Virus record (IMG/VR): IMGVR_UViG_3300032270_000518 | Coordinates: 1-34,188 of that record | Source of the DNA: a virus | Lineage: Duplodnaviria; Caudoviricetes | DNA: 34,188 nt | Direction: 5' to 3' (one strand) | In this document: positions 17,073 to 25,816 of the stretch, piece after piece | Layout of the letters: every line of letters starts with the position of its first letter | Numbering within the stretch: the stretch's first letter is position 1 | Position numbers and translations under genes: made by a program | The notes under the pieces: generated by a model | Database searches by the model: none | What the model saw: the letters and a program-made list of their open reading frames with translations, nothing else | What the model was told of the DNA's origin: nothing

Positions 17073-17802
17073 AATCTCGACCACCTTCTCCGAATACAGG
17101 CGTGTCCTGATCCGTGTCCTCAATTGCCTTCACCATGCGCCCATCAGAAGTTCGCATCACGTTGCGAGCCTTTGACTGCGGCTTATCTTGTTGCATGGAA
17201 TAGCCGGAACCACGTCCGATACCGCGAGATTCAAGATCTGAAACAGACTCTTCTTCATACGGATCAATTGGGGATTTGCCAGGGAATCGCTTTGCTCCGC
17301 CAGAAATCGTATTTGCGAACCATTCTGACCATTCTTTCAATGTTGCAGAATTAGAAGTCGCAGATTTAGATTTCAGTCCTTCTGAAATACCAACAACCCT
17401 TTGTTTCCGAAGCCAATCAAGGTTCGCCTGCCGCTGCTTCTCCTGAAACTCGAGTTCATTTTCCATATCACGCCGATCTTTGTCGATGGCGCGTTCTTCG
17501 GCACGATCTTCAGCACGAATATCGCTTTCTTCTGCTCGCTGTTCTGCACGGCGCTTGCTTTCCTCTGCTCGCAATTCAGCTTTGAGTTTGCGGATTTCAT
17601 CCGCAGCGGCATCTTCTAGTTGTTCGCGCCGCGCTCGGTCGCGATCACGAGAAGCAATATCAAACCCGATTGTTGTTTCGAGTGCCGCTCCGGCTCCGGC
17701 ATATGGGTTGTCTGGATCAAATGCTTGGAAGCCACGTCCAACTCCAAGGCCAATTGCCTGAAGTTGCTCGCGGGTAAAGAACGAATCGGTTGATTTGCTC
17801 AT
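17062..17802 (-). CDS. putative internal virion protein with charged coiled coil
   Basis: Gly/Ala N-terminus followed by an E/R-rich helix (RAEE repeats); GAGGTG RBS; gene order. Confidence 0.55.
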   Translation of the reverse strand: MSKSTDSFFTREQLQAIGLGVGRGFQAFDPDNPYAGAGAALETTIGFDIASRDRDRARREQLEDAAADEIRKLKAELRAEESKRRAEQRAEESDIRAEDRAEERAIDKDRRDMENELEFQEKQRQANLDWLRKQRVVGISEGLKSKSATSNSATLKEWSEWFANTISGGAKRFPGKSPIDPYEEESVSDLESRGIGRGSGYSMQQDKPQSKARNVMRTSDGRMVKAIEDTDQDTPVFGEGGRDYAY

Positions 17803-17806
17803 CGAA

Positions 17807-18778
17807 TCACCTCATGTTTCCGAAGTATGCCCCATAGCCATATTGAGAACCTTGCATGTATGAACCGAATGATCCAGGAGGAGCCATCTGCGAAGCAGGA
17901 TTTGCGGCCACGTTCCCAGAGAACATTCCGCCACTCGCTCCACTAGATGGCGCAGAAGCAGGTGCAGCCATTCCGCTCAAGCCAGCACCAAGCAATGCTC
18001 CACCAATAGAACCCATTGCGGAGCCAAATGCAGCTGCGCCAGCACCAGCGTATTGAGCGGATTGACCTGCAAATCCGTAACCAAGATTGAGACCTTGCTG
18101 GTACATCGTGAATTGGTTGCCAAGTCCTTGAGTTTGCATGTTGGCAATGTTTCCGCTGTACGTTTGGTACATATTGGAAAGATTTGCAGCCATCATCTGC
18201 TGAATGCCGGAAACGCCTTGACCTTGTTGCGCGGTAAGCGTTGACATTCCTTGCGCACGTTGTGCTTCAAGAGCAGAAAGTTGACCGGCATACTGTTCGC
18301 GAATAACACCTTCTTGCAGCAGACCTTGATTTTGAACGGCTTCCAAACGCCCTTGCCCAAATGTCGATTGTCCAAGACCGCTGAAAGCGTTTCGAGCCCG
18401 AGCAGCTTGAACTTGTCGCTCTGTCTGTTGCCGTGACAATGCGATTGTCGATTCTCTGCCCGTGCGCATCTCTTGCAATGCGCGATCCATTCCTTGGCCG
18501 TATTCAGAACGCGCCTGATCGAAGTATTGAGAAAAAGACCTTTCTGCGCGAGCCATCTCTTGGCGATAGAGGCCCATGTTCTTTTCTCTATCGTTTGTGT
18601 ATTGCGCAACGATTGGGTCAAACAACTTGTTGTATTCGTCACCCAATTCTCGGAAGTCTTCAATCGCCCTGCCTTTGAGGCCAAGCAAAGCCCTTCGCTT
18701 TGATTTTGCTGACTGCGCGGAAGCAAATCCTCCAGCAGCAATAGCCGCGACTCCTCCGATAAGAAGTGGAATTGCCAT
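17807..18778 (-). CDS. putative DNA-ejection/pilot protein (P22 gp7 / T7 gp14-like position)
   Basis: Hydrophobic Gly/Ala N-terminus, Gln-rich helical middle and Gly/Ala hydrophobic C-terminal segment; follows the tail nozzle gene. Confidence 0.6.
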   Translation of the reverse strand: MAIPLLIGGVAAIAAGGFASAQSAKSKRRALLGLKGRAIEDFRELGDEYNKLFDPIVAQYTNDREKNMGLYRQEMARAERSFSQYFDQARSEYGQGMDRALQEMRTGRESTIALSRQQTERQVQAARARNAFSGLGQSTFGQGRLEAVQNQGLLQEGVIREQYAGQLSALEAQRAQGMSTLTAQQGQGVSGIQQMMAANLSNMYQTYSGNIANMQTQGLGNQFTMYQQGLNLGYGFAGQSAQYAGAGAAAFGSAMGSIGGALLGAGLSGMAAPASAPSSGASGGMFSGNVAANPASQMAPPGSFGSYMQGSQYGYGAYFGNMR

Positions 18779-21093
18779 TAGTTATTTCCTCGACTCTTTC
18801 CAACTTGGGTAACGACGGCAGACATACGTTCAATCGACCAGGGCTTTCCATCTGCTGAAATCGTTAAATACATCGCTTCGGAGCGAATCCTGCATTTCTT
18901 CGCATCGTTGCGCCCTGGAACAAGATCGCCAATTTGAGTCACTTCCGCTTCTGAAAACACAGCTCCTGCAACCGAAGCGTTGTCAACAACATCGGGAGAA
19001 ATTGGGTTTTGAATCGCTGTGACATACATTCCATTTGGGCTTCCTAAATCAGGTGCGATCTGCGTGTATTCAGGAAACCACGATGCGCCGACATATCTTT
19101 CGATTGTCCATGCATCTGGAGTAACGCCAGTATCCCACCGCAAGATCCAATCTCCTGGCCCTTGATAAATTCTTGCTATTCCCTGCGCAAACGGATCAGA
19201 AGACGTGTATTGCCCAAATGGTCGAAGTGCAAAGCGTCCGTCGATAGTTTCTGTTTGGGCGTTTACCGCAAACCCGCCGTCGTATGTTGGTAATGCACCT
19301 GTTGCCGAAGCGTCTCCGCAATCAATAATGAGCGGGTTTATGTTTCCAACAAACACGCTGTCTGTTTGAAGACCAATTGCTGTTTGCGCGGTATCTCCTG
19401 TTGTTGCAAACAACATGGGATCGGTTCCATAATCAGTAACACCGAATGGAAGTTCATATACGTCATCAGCCAAATCAATACGGACTTCCGAAAGCATGAC
19501 ACGGTATGGCAATGTGGCAATGATTGGGCCAAGCGTGAGGCTTGATAGCACGAGTTGCGATCTTTGCTGCTGCTCGGACATTTCCTCGTAGTAGCCATCA
19601 ACACCAAGTGGATACGCTCTATCAATGAGCGATACCGATTCTGTACTTCCTAAAATCAGCTTGCCGGAATCTGTTCGGCTTGTTCCGATGTAAATTCCAG
19701 ATGTTGGGGCATACATTTTTGGATCTGCAAACTTTTGCGGCCAAAATGAATCGGTTTTCAAATCGTAGTACAGGTGAATCGATGATTGCTCCACACCTGA
19801 AACAGCCAAGAAAATCCAAATTCCTTCCCTGTCCGGGTCATAGCACAAGAATGGCAATACATCTCCTGTTTGAACAGACGCACCTGTGAAACTTGGAGTT
19901 CCACCGCTATCTACTGCAACAGTCTGCGTATCAGATGGGAACTCAACTGTTCCTACGTTTTCGTTGATGTACTTGGTGACTGCGCCTGTTGATGTCGCAA
20001 GCGGATTGACAACGGGCTTTTGAGTGCCGCCTGCAAGCGGGCCAGCACCAATAGCAGGAGTTCCGAAATCAAGCCGAAGGAAGAATGAGTCAAGTCTTCC
20101 TGCGCTTACTCGGTTTGCTCGGTTGAAATTGAAGTCGTTGGCATTGAGGAAATACAAGCCATCACTCGCAAGGACAAATGCTCCCTTTTCTTGCGATTGG
20201 CAGAAAGCGCGTGGGCCTGTAATACCAATCGACTTGGTTAGGCTGACCATCGCCACTTGTTCTTCAAACACGGGATCGTTCGTTAGAAACGAGAATGAGT
20301 TCGTGCAGGCGAACATCAGTCCGCTCTGTGCAAACGGAAAGATCGCAACGATCGGATCACCGAGCGTTCCATACTCGTTCGCAGATGTTCCGGTGACCGC
20401 GCCGATTGGATGCGTTCCGCTCCATCCATCGACGAGCGATCCGCCCGAACCACCCGCAACGGGCCATGTATCGTCTGGAGAACAGGCGAACCAGAGGTTG
20501 GGCGTGTCCCTGTAGCCAGCAATCACAAGACGAGCGCCCCATCGACAGATCAACTTTGCTCGACATCCTGCCGTGATGGTTGCTGGATCCGTGCGAAACG
20601 GGCCATGTTTGCTAGGAGAATCATCTCCCCAGACAGTTACAGCCGTTGCGGACGTTGGCGTTGCGAGATGCACCAGGACGTAGTGATTTCCGTCAACAAA
20701 GTAGAAGTGATCGTTGAATTGAACGCCTTCAATGAAGCCGGTTGCGTTCAAGAATGGAGTGTATTGCGTTTGACCACTTCCGGTTCCGCTACCGAATAGA
20801 ACCCATGCGATTGTTGTTTCGCGTGGATTGGCGTAATAGACCTTTCCGCCGGAAACCTTAATTAGTCGTTCGACTAGATTTCCTGATTCGTATATGCGAT
20901 ACGAACCTAGAAACTGGACGTTTTCTTCGGAAATACGTTTCGTGCCATTGCGAACACTAATTCTTGTTCTTCCGTTCCAAACGTCGGAAGGCATGACGTT
21001 GAGGCATGACGGTGTCATGCCTGGCGGAATAGCCGAGTACTGGGATTGCTCGGTAAAGCCTTTGAATGGAAGTTGAATTGGAATGTGAGTCAT
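18778..21093 (-). CDS. tail nozzle / tail tubular B-like (packaged DNA stabilisation) protein
   Basis: 771 aa, beta-rich. SAIPPGMTPSCLNV N-terminus, RLVIAG..PNLWF and GDPIVAIFPF repeats suggest a beta-propeller like T7 gp12/P22 gp10. Confidence 0.7.
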   Translation of the reverse strand: MTHIPIQLPFKGFTEQSQYSAIPPGMTPSCLNVMPSDVWNGRTRISVRNGTKRISEENVQFLGSYRIYESGNLVERLIKVSGGKVYYANPRETTIAWVLFGSGTGSGQTQYTPFLNATGFIEGVQFNDHFYFVDGNHYVLVHLATPTSATAVTVWGDDSPSKHGPFRTDPATITAGCRAKLICRWGARLVIAGYRDTPNLWFACSPDDTWPVAGGSGGSLVDGWSGTHPIGAVTGTSANEYGTLGDPIVAIFPFAQSGLMFACTNSFSFLTNDPVFEEQVAMVSLTKSIGITGPRAFCQSQEKGAFVLASDGLYFLNANDFNFNRANRVSAGRLDSFFLRLDFGTPAIGAGPLAGGTQKPVVNPLATSTGAVTKYINENVGTVEFPSDTQTVAVDSGGTPSFTGASVQTGDVLPFLCYDPDREGIWIFLAVSGVEQSSIHLYYDLKTDSFWPQKFADPKMYAPTSGIYIGTSRTDSGKLILGSTESVSLIDRAYPLGVDGYYEEMSEQQQRSQLVLSSLTLGPIIATLPYRVMLSEVRIDLADDVYELPFGVTDYGTDPMLFATTGDTAQTAIGLQTDSVFVGNINPLIIDCGDASATGALPTYDGGFAVNAQTETIDGRFALRPFGQYTSSDPFAQGIARIYQGPGDWILRWDTGVTPDAWTIERYVGASWFPEYTQIAPDLGSPNGMYVTAIQNPISPDVVDNASVAGAVFSEAEVTQIGDLVPGRNDAKKCRIRSEAMYLTISADGKPWSIERMSAVVTQVGKSRGNN

Positions 21094-22250
21094 TAGGTTC
21101 GTCTAAATGCGATCATCATGGCGGTATCACAATTGGATGATGTGAGGGCTTGAGGAACCGCTACCGCTGTAAATATCTTTCCACTTGCAACTAGCAGTTG
21201 CCCTGCTGAATTCCACAACAAAATGACTCCGTCATATGTGCCACCAGCACTAGGCGTGAAAGTTGCTTGGGTAGTCAAAGTTGACACCGTCCAATTTGTC
21301 AGATTAGTGGCTGTAATTGATCCGTTTGATCGCGCATAAACAATGTTTACCTTGTCGATAAACGAAGACCAACTTAAAGCATCAGCTTGTGATGAGGCAT
21401 CTGCGACATTTGTGATGCGGTTAGCGTTCATCGCCAAAATTCCAGATAACGACGCGCCAGATCTAAATGTGGCAGCAGTTGCTCCGGTTGCACCATTATC
21501 AAGAAGCAGTTGTCGAGTACCTCCTGCGGTAAATGCGATGTCATCAGCGGCCGGAAAGTAAATACCTGTATTGGTATCGCCATGCGTAGTGATGATTGGA
21601 TTGGTTGCCGTACCTGTTGAAACCGTAAGAATATCGGTTGGGTCGGTTCCGAATGTTGCTGTTCCATTGACCGTGACATTGCCCGTCAGCGTCGAGTTTC
21701 CTGTAACCGTCGCATTTCCATCGACGGTTAGGCCAGTACCTGTGTCCTTGAGCGTGATGCTCTTGGCAATTACATCAACGCCTTCAGATGGACTCGTAGC
21801 CCAAATGTTGTCTGCAACCCACGATCTCCATACAGGAGTTCCCGCATCTCCATCGTAAATTCGATGCCATGATTTTTGGGGACGTGTTCCGTCACCTTCC
21901 GTCCACAGCATTTGGACTACGCTCGTGCCAAATGTAAGTACAAGAAGAGAGCCTCGGCCATCATCAACATGGATATTGATCGGAGCAGCAGGCGCATTTG
22001 TCATCGAACTTGGAGTTCCAAGGATGTATCGCCCTTGAACCCTGAACGATGGATCATTTAAATCTGAAGCTGCATTCGACAGAGATGGGATTGTCGCAGC
22101 CAAATATGGCGTTGCATTCCACAACGCTCCAGTTCCAATCTTGATAGCACCATTGGTTGTATCAAGACCAATCTCGCCAGCGACAAGAGTCGGATTCGAC
22201 CCGTTCCAGTTGGCAAATGTGTCACGTCGAATTTGAATCGTTGCAGTCAT
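21093..22250 (-). CDS. tail fibre/spike protein
   Basis: N-terminal IQIRRDTFANWNGSNPTLVAGEIGLDT (Mtd/hyaluronidase-N-like); pyocin-knob-like DLND...TNAP...WRSW; GDTNTGIYFPAAD; RITNVAD...DA. Confidence 0.8.
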   Translation of the reverse strand: MTATIQIRRDTFANWNGSNPTLVAGEIGLDTTNGAIKIGTGALWNATPYLAATIPSLSNAASDLNDPSFRVQGRYILGTPSSMTNAPAAPINIHVDDGRGSLLVLTFGTSVVQMLWTEGDGTRPQKSWHRIYDGDAGTPVWRSWVADNIWATSPSEGVDVIAKSITLKDTGTGLTVDGNATVTGNSTLTGNVTVNGTATFGTDPTDILTVSTGTATNPIITTHGDTNTGIYFPAADDIAFTAGGTRQLLLDNGATGATAATFRSGASLSGILAMNANRITNVADASSQADALSWSSFIDKVNIVYARSNGSITATNLTNWTVSTLTTQATFTPSAGGTYDGVILLWNSAGQLLVASGKIFTAVAVPQALTSSNCDTAMMIAFRRT

Positions 22251-22265
22251 TGCGTCGTTCCGATT

Positions 22266-22496
22266 TCATTCATCTACGAAATCGGGTGGTACGACGTACC
22301 ACCCTTCAGGAATCTCAAGTTTGTTTGCGCTCAACACCCACTCGCCGTCGATAAGGGTGTACATCTGACCCTTTACCATCGGCCCCACCCGTATCGGACT
22401 TCCCTGATTGACTAGCACCGTTCTCGCGCAACCACTCGCGAATGCGAGTACCAGCGCGGCGAAGCCGAGGCTTATCCAAATCAGCGTCAACGGCAA
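22266..22496 (-). CDS. putative lipoprotein (o-spanin-like)
   Basis: Hydrophobic signal LIWISLGFAALVLAFASG followed by Cys (lipobox-like); Pro-containing mature part. Start uncertain (TTG 22496). Confidence 0.55.
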   Translation of the reverse strand: MPLTLIWISLGFAALVLAFASGCARTVLVNQGSPIRVGPMVKGQMYTLIDGEWVLSANKLEIPEGWYVVPPDFVDE

Positions 22497-22572
22497 TCGT
22501 GCCGCGTTCGATGCGCTTCTCAAGCCACGTCCAAAGCCCAAGAATGATTTGCGCGACGATTTTTTCGAGCAT
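22315..22572 (-). CDS. small membrane-associated protein overlapping the lipoprotein (i-spanin-like)
   Basis: GAGGGA RBS; short hydrophobic N-terminus IVAQIILGLWTWL; overlaps the lipoprotein ORF in another frame. Confidence 0.45.
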   Translation of the reverse strand: MLEKIVAQIILGLWTWLEKRIERGTIAVDADLDKPRLRRAGTRIREWLRENGASQSGKSDTGGADGKGSDVHPYRRRVGVERKQT

Positions 22573-22609
22573 GGGGCATGTCCCTCAAACCAATCGTCGT
22601 AATCGCTGA

Positions 22610-22819
22610 TCAATTTGCTCCAGCCTTTTCGCTGCTGACTTTGTTGTCGCGAGCGAAAATCAACCCAAACCCTGCGATGAACGCGGCAACAACCGCCGTC
22701 CAATCGGCAGTAGTCGCGGGATCGTTGTCGAAAGTAGCCGTCAATGCTCCGCCGAGGGCGACGAGCATTGCTCCGACACCAGCCAAGGTTGTACGCCATG
22801 ATGGGATGAATTCAGTCAT
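22610..22819 (-). CDS. putative holin (2 TM)
   Basis: 69 aa; SWRTTLAG start, two hydrophobic segments, GLIFARD and a charged tail; AAGGA RBS. Confidence 0.65.
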   Translation of the reverse strand: MTEFIPSWRTTLAGVGAMLVALGGALTATFDNDPATTADWTAVVAAFIAGFGLIFARDNKVSSEKAGAN

Positions 22820-23063
22820 GTGGTGTTTCCTTCTTTTGACGCTCCATGATTGCCAACTGAAGGCTGATCCGATGGAGCGAGTCGCGGACTTCGTGGATAT
22901 GCCTATCGTGCTTATTCAGAATCTCGTCCACCCGCTTGTTGTCACCCTCTAGCCGTTGCTCAATTTTCGCCAAGCGGCTGCTGATGGTGAACAAAGATGC
23001 GAACAGAGGGCCAAGAATGACCGTGAATGGGACAGCGATTCCGAGAAGCGTTTCGATGTTCAT
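22812..23063 (-). CDS. N-terminal TM plus coiled-coil protein (lysis-cassette type)
   Basis: Start at MNIETLLG (23063, ATGA overlap); TM segment followed by heptads. Confidence 0.6.
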   Translation of the reverse strand: MNIETLLGIAVPFTVILGPLFASLFTISSRLAKIEQRLEGDNKRVDEILNKHDRHIHEVRDSLHRISLQLAIMERQKKETPHD

Positions 23064-23845
23064 GGCGCAGGTGGAAGAACGAAACCTGATCGATAGCGAA
23101 GAGGGTCGGACACATGTCCTGACCGCACGGTTGGAAGGCGACCAATGTCGCGCTGTTGAATTCCATCCTTGGTCGCAACGGCATTCCAGATTGGCCCGTT
23201 GTCGATTTCGATGAGCCGCGCGGCGAGACCTTCGTCTTCGTATGCCATCGCAAATGCGCGGCAATACGCGACGAGCAATGCCTCCGCAAATGGAGGGATT
23301 GGCATTTGATAGGTATCAGAAGTTTCTGCGCCAGCATCTCCTGAAATCAAAGGCCAACCTGCGCGATAGCGAATGATGATGGAATCGGTAGACGTTGCCT
23401 GTGGGGTTGGATACAGGTCGAGACGCGCCGCAGGAAATGCTGTACCTGGAACAAGCGCAGTCTCTGGGGTAACTCCGTCTTGCGCCCACGGGCGCGACAG
23501 AGCGGCGTAATACACGCTGTCAGAAAGACCTGGTGTCATCGCAGACCGATACAAATCGATCTGCTCCGGCGTGGTCAATTCAACGCGCCAACCGAGACCT
23601 GCCTTCACCGTCAAGCTGATGATTTCTTCAGCATCACCTGGAAGTGCAGCCCAGTTTTGGTTGGCAACCAATGAAACAGGCCGAGCAGTTCGCTCTCTGA
23701 AACGCCATTGTTTCGAGAACAGATACTGCCCGGCCTGGTTGACGATTTCAGCAATTCTTTGGTTGCGAGTTACACCGCTCACGATTGATGGCTGTCCACC
23801 AATCGCTAGAAGAATGTGCTGCTTCAGTCGGCCATATGTAATCAT
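23060..23845 (-). CDS. head-tail adaptor / tail tubular A-like protein
   Basis: Start MITYGRLKQ. IVNQAGQYL...WRF, AALPGD, LDLYPTP, IRYR and IPPFAEALLV are typical of podovirus adaptors. Confidence 0.7.
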   Translation of the reverse strand: MITYGRLKQHILLAIGGQPSIVSGVTRNQRIAEIVNQAGQYLFSKQWRFRERTARPVSLVANQNWAALPGDAEEIISLTVKAGLGWRVELTTPEQIDLYRSAMTPGLSDSVYYAALSRPWAQDGVTPETALVPGTAFPAARLDLYPTPQATSTDSIIIRYRAGWPLISGDAGAETSDTYQMPIPPFAEALLVAYCRAFAMAYEDEGLAARLIEIDNGPIWNAVATKDGIQQRDIGRLPTVRSGHVSDPLRYRSGFVLPPAP

Positions 23846-23850
23846 GGAAG

Positions 23851-23880
23851 TGGGTAGCCGTGGTTTCCCACGGCTACCCA
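23851..23880 (-). terminator. perfect GC-rich hairpin after the capsid/decoration genes
   Basis: tgggtagccgtgg-GAAA-ccacggctaccca on the minus strand: 13-bp stem, GNRA loop, weak U tail (cttcc). Confidence 0.7.
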
Positions 23881-23893
23881 ATCAGTTGTCATT

Positions 23894-24430
23894 TCAGAGG
23901 TTGTTGATTGCCATCGAGAAACCGTTGAACAAGACATTTCGGAGAATACCCGTTGTCGTAGTCGTGACGGTATCAAAGCCAATCGCGAGAGGAGTGCCTC
24001 CGTTTGCGCTCGGAGTAGCAGGAGCAGGAACGAGAACTCCGGCACCTGGCTCAAGAACCGTATCTCCAGCGGTCATAGGGCGGGTGGTAGCAGTAGTAGT
24101 TACCTTGGCCTGAACGAGTCCAGCGATGCAGACCTTGACACGAACGCCAGGGGCTCCGCCTTCAGTAACGACTCCCCAAATACCGCCATGCTGTCCTGTC
24201 GTGCTGCCAGCAGCAGTAGCAAGAATGACAACATTGAAAGGGTTTGTCTTGGAGTCAAATTCCGTGAGAGTCGTTGCATCAGTTCTAGTGCTGCTGTCGC
24301 CAAGATCGAACTTGACGAGATCGCCAATCACCAGCGTAGTCGATGCCTCGCCGTTGATCGGCTGAACAATCGTCTGCTGGGGAGTGCAGGCTCCGAGATT
24401 TCCCGTAGGAACGAGGATTGCAGAAAACAT
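23894..24430 (-). CDS. capsid decoration/cement protein
   Basis: Follows the MCP; AAGGAGG RBS; small Thr/Gly/Ala beta-rich protein (IGDLV, WGVVTE, VCIAGLV, AGD). Confidence 0.65.
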   Translation of the reverse strand: MFSAILVPTGNLGACTPQQTIVQPINGEASTTLVIGDLVKFDLGDSSTRTDATTLTEFDSKTNPFNVVILATAAGSTTGQHGGIWGVVTEGGAPGVRVKVCIAGLVQAKVTTTATTRPMTAGDTVLEPGAGVLVPAPATPSANGGTPLAIGFDTVTTTTTGILRNVLFNGFSMAINNL

Positions 24431-24451
24431 GTGTGTGTCCCTCCTTTGGGA

Positions 24452-25801
24452 TCAAGCAGTCGTTGCGTTCATCGGAGCGACAACGCCGTGGCGCTGACGG
24501 CTGTTGCAGAAGAGGTTGCTCCAGCAATCTACCGGTTGAACGTAGGTGAATGGTTGGTTTGGGTGACGGAGAACTTCGTGCTGCTTGAAGTAGCGACGGC
24601 TGTGGAAGATTGGCGTGAGGTAGTTGCCATTCACGAAGTAGTAGCGCGGAGCCTTGACGATGGTGTTCGTTCCGAACTCGGTTCCGAAACCTCCGCTAGA
24701 TACAGGAGCCCCAGCCGTGATTACCGCACCTGCCGCATTGAACCCACCAATCGATTGTGTAACCGCCGCCGCTCCGGCGGGGTAGATCGCAGCGGTATCA
24801 AGATCAGAGCAGTACGTCACGTCGATGCCAGCGTAAGACGGGCTTGAGTACGAGGCATCTTGATACGAGACGAGCGTGTCATTCGATTGACGAAGCGCGT
24901 TTCGGTAGTTCTGAACACCAACTCGCGAGGTGAGAATCATCTGGCGATTGAGGTTGTCGTTCTCGAAGTACTGCTGGCGGGTGCTTGGCGCCTCGTACTT
25001 CAGACGCATGAACATGGTGTCCATCGCGTTGAAAAGGTTCGGCACGTTAAAGGTAGCGGCGGTGCCGGACTGGTTGTACACAGTATCTCCGTCAAGAGAC
25101 GGGGTAGCCGTAGTTCCCCAGTTTGCATTTGCCGGATTCAATCCAGCCGCTTCGCAGTTGTACAGCTCAAGCAAGTTCGTCCATCGGTTTTCCGTGAACG
25201 GGCTGATGCGCATGACTGTGTGGCTAGTGTTGGTGGTTGCCGTGTACGGAGCCGTGCCACGGTGACCAATTGCTCCGCCGTAGTTCTGACCGACTTCAGT
25301 CAGGAAGAATGGAAGAGAGTAAGGCAACTTGCCCGAGTCTGATTCCATGTTCGCGATGCTTGGTGGAGCCCAAAGATCTTCTTCAAAGCCGTTCAGCATC
25401 GAAGTCCACATGCGCTGTTCCTTGATGCGCTTGAGTCGCTTGTACGCAACCTTGGTCGATGCCGAGGTTTCGCCAGCGTTCAACTCAACTTCCGCATCAG
25501 TCCACGACATGTGGTCGATATGGAAACGCCACGGCGCACGGACGTAATCCGTGACCTGTGGGTTGCGCCAAACGAACGTGTCGTTTGGTTGGTAGTGGTC
25601 GTAGGTACGCGAATCATCAAACATGATGACATCGCGGATTTCCGTACCACCCTGAATGGTTTGTTCTGCGGTCTTGCCCTTGAGCAAGCGCGAGAATGCG
25701 TAGGTGTTCTTGACTGCTTCGTTGATGACCTGATCTGCGCTCGTCAGGTACGACGGGCCAGTCGCGGTCATAAAGTCGTTGAAAGTAGAAATTGAAGGCA
25801 T
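24452..25801 (-). CDS. major capsid protein
   Basis: 449 aa after the scaffold; IQGGTEIRDV, YAGIDVTY, YYFVNGNYL and NLFCNSRQRHGV fit HK97-fold coat proteins; AAGGA RBS. Confidence 0.85.
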   Translation of the reverse strand: MPSISTFNDFMTATGPSYLTSADQVINEAVKNTYAFSRLLKGKTAEQTIQGGTEIRDVIMFDDSRTYDHYQPNDTFVWRNPQVTDYVRAPWRFHIDHMSWTDAEVELNAGETSASTKVAYKRLKRIKEQRMWTSMLNGFEEDLWAPPSIANMESDSGKLPYSLPFFLTEVGQNYGGAIGHRGTAPYTATTNTSHTVMRISPFTENRWTNLLELYNCEAAGLNPANANWGTTATPSLDGDTVYNQSGTAATFNVPNLFNAMDTMFMRLKYEAPSTRQQYFENDNLNRQMILTSRVGVQNYRNALRQSNDTLVSYQDASYSSPSYAGIDVTYCSDLDTAAIYPAGAAAVTQSIGGFNAAGAVITAGAPVSSGGFGTEFGTNTIVKAPRYYFVNGNYLTPIFHSRRYFKQHEVLRHPNQPFTYVQPVDCWSNLFCNSRQRHGVVAPMNATTA

Positions 25802-25816
25802 TGTGCCGTTCCTTTG

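Noticed and set aside
16160-17205. GYSMQ and LFSR in the smaller ejection proteins as additional cleavage motifs
   Set aside because: Only partial matches to the [FYM]SMR motif, too short to separate from chance.
21093-21400. Diversity-generating retroelement target, suggested by the Mtd-like N-terminus
   Set aside because: No reverse transcriptase or template/variable repeat pair seen in the window.
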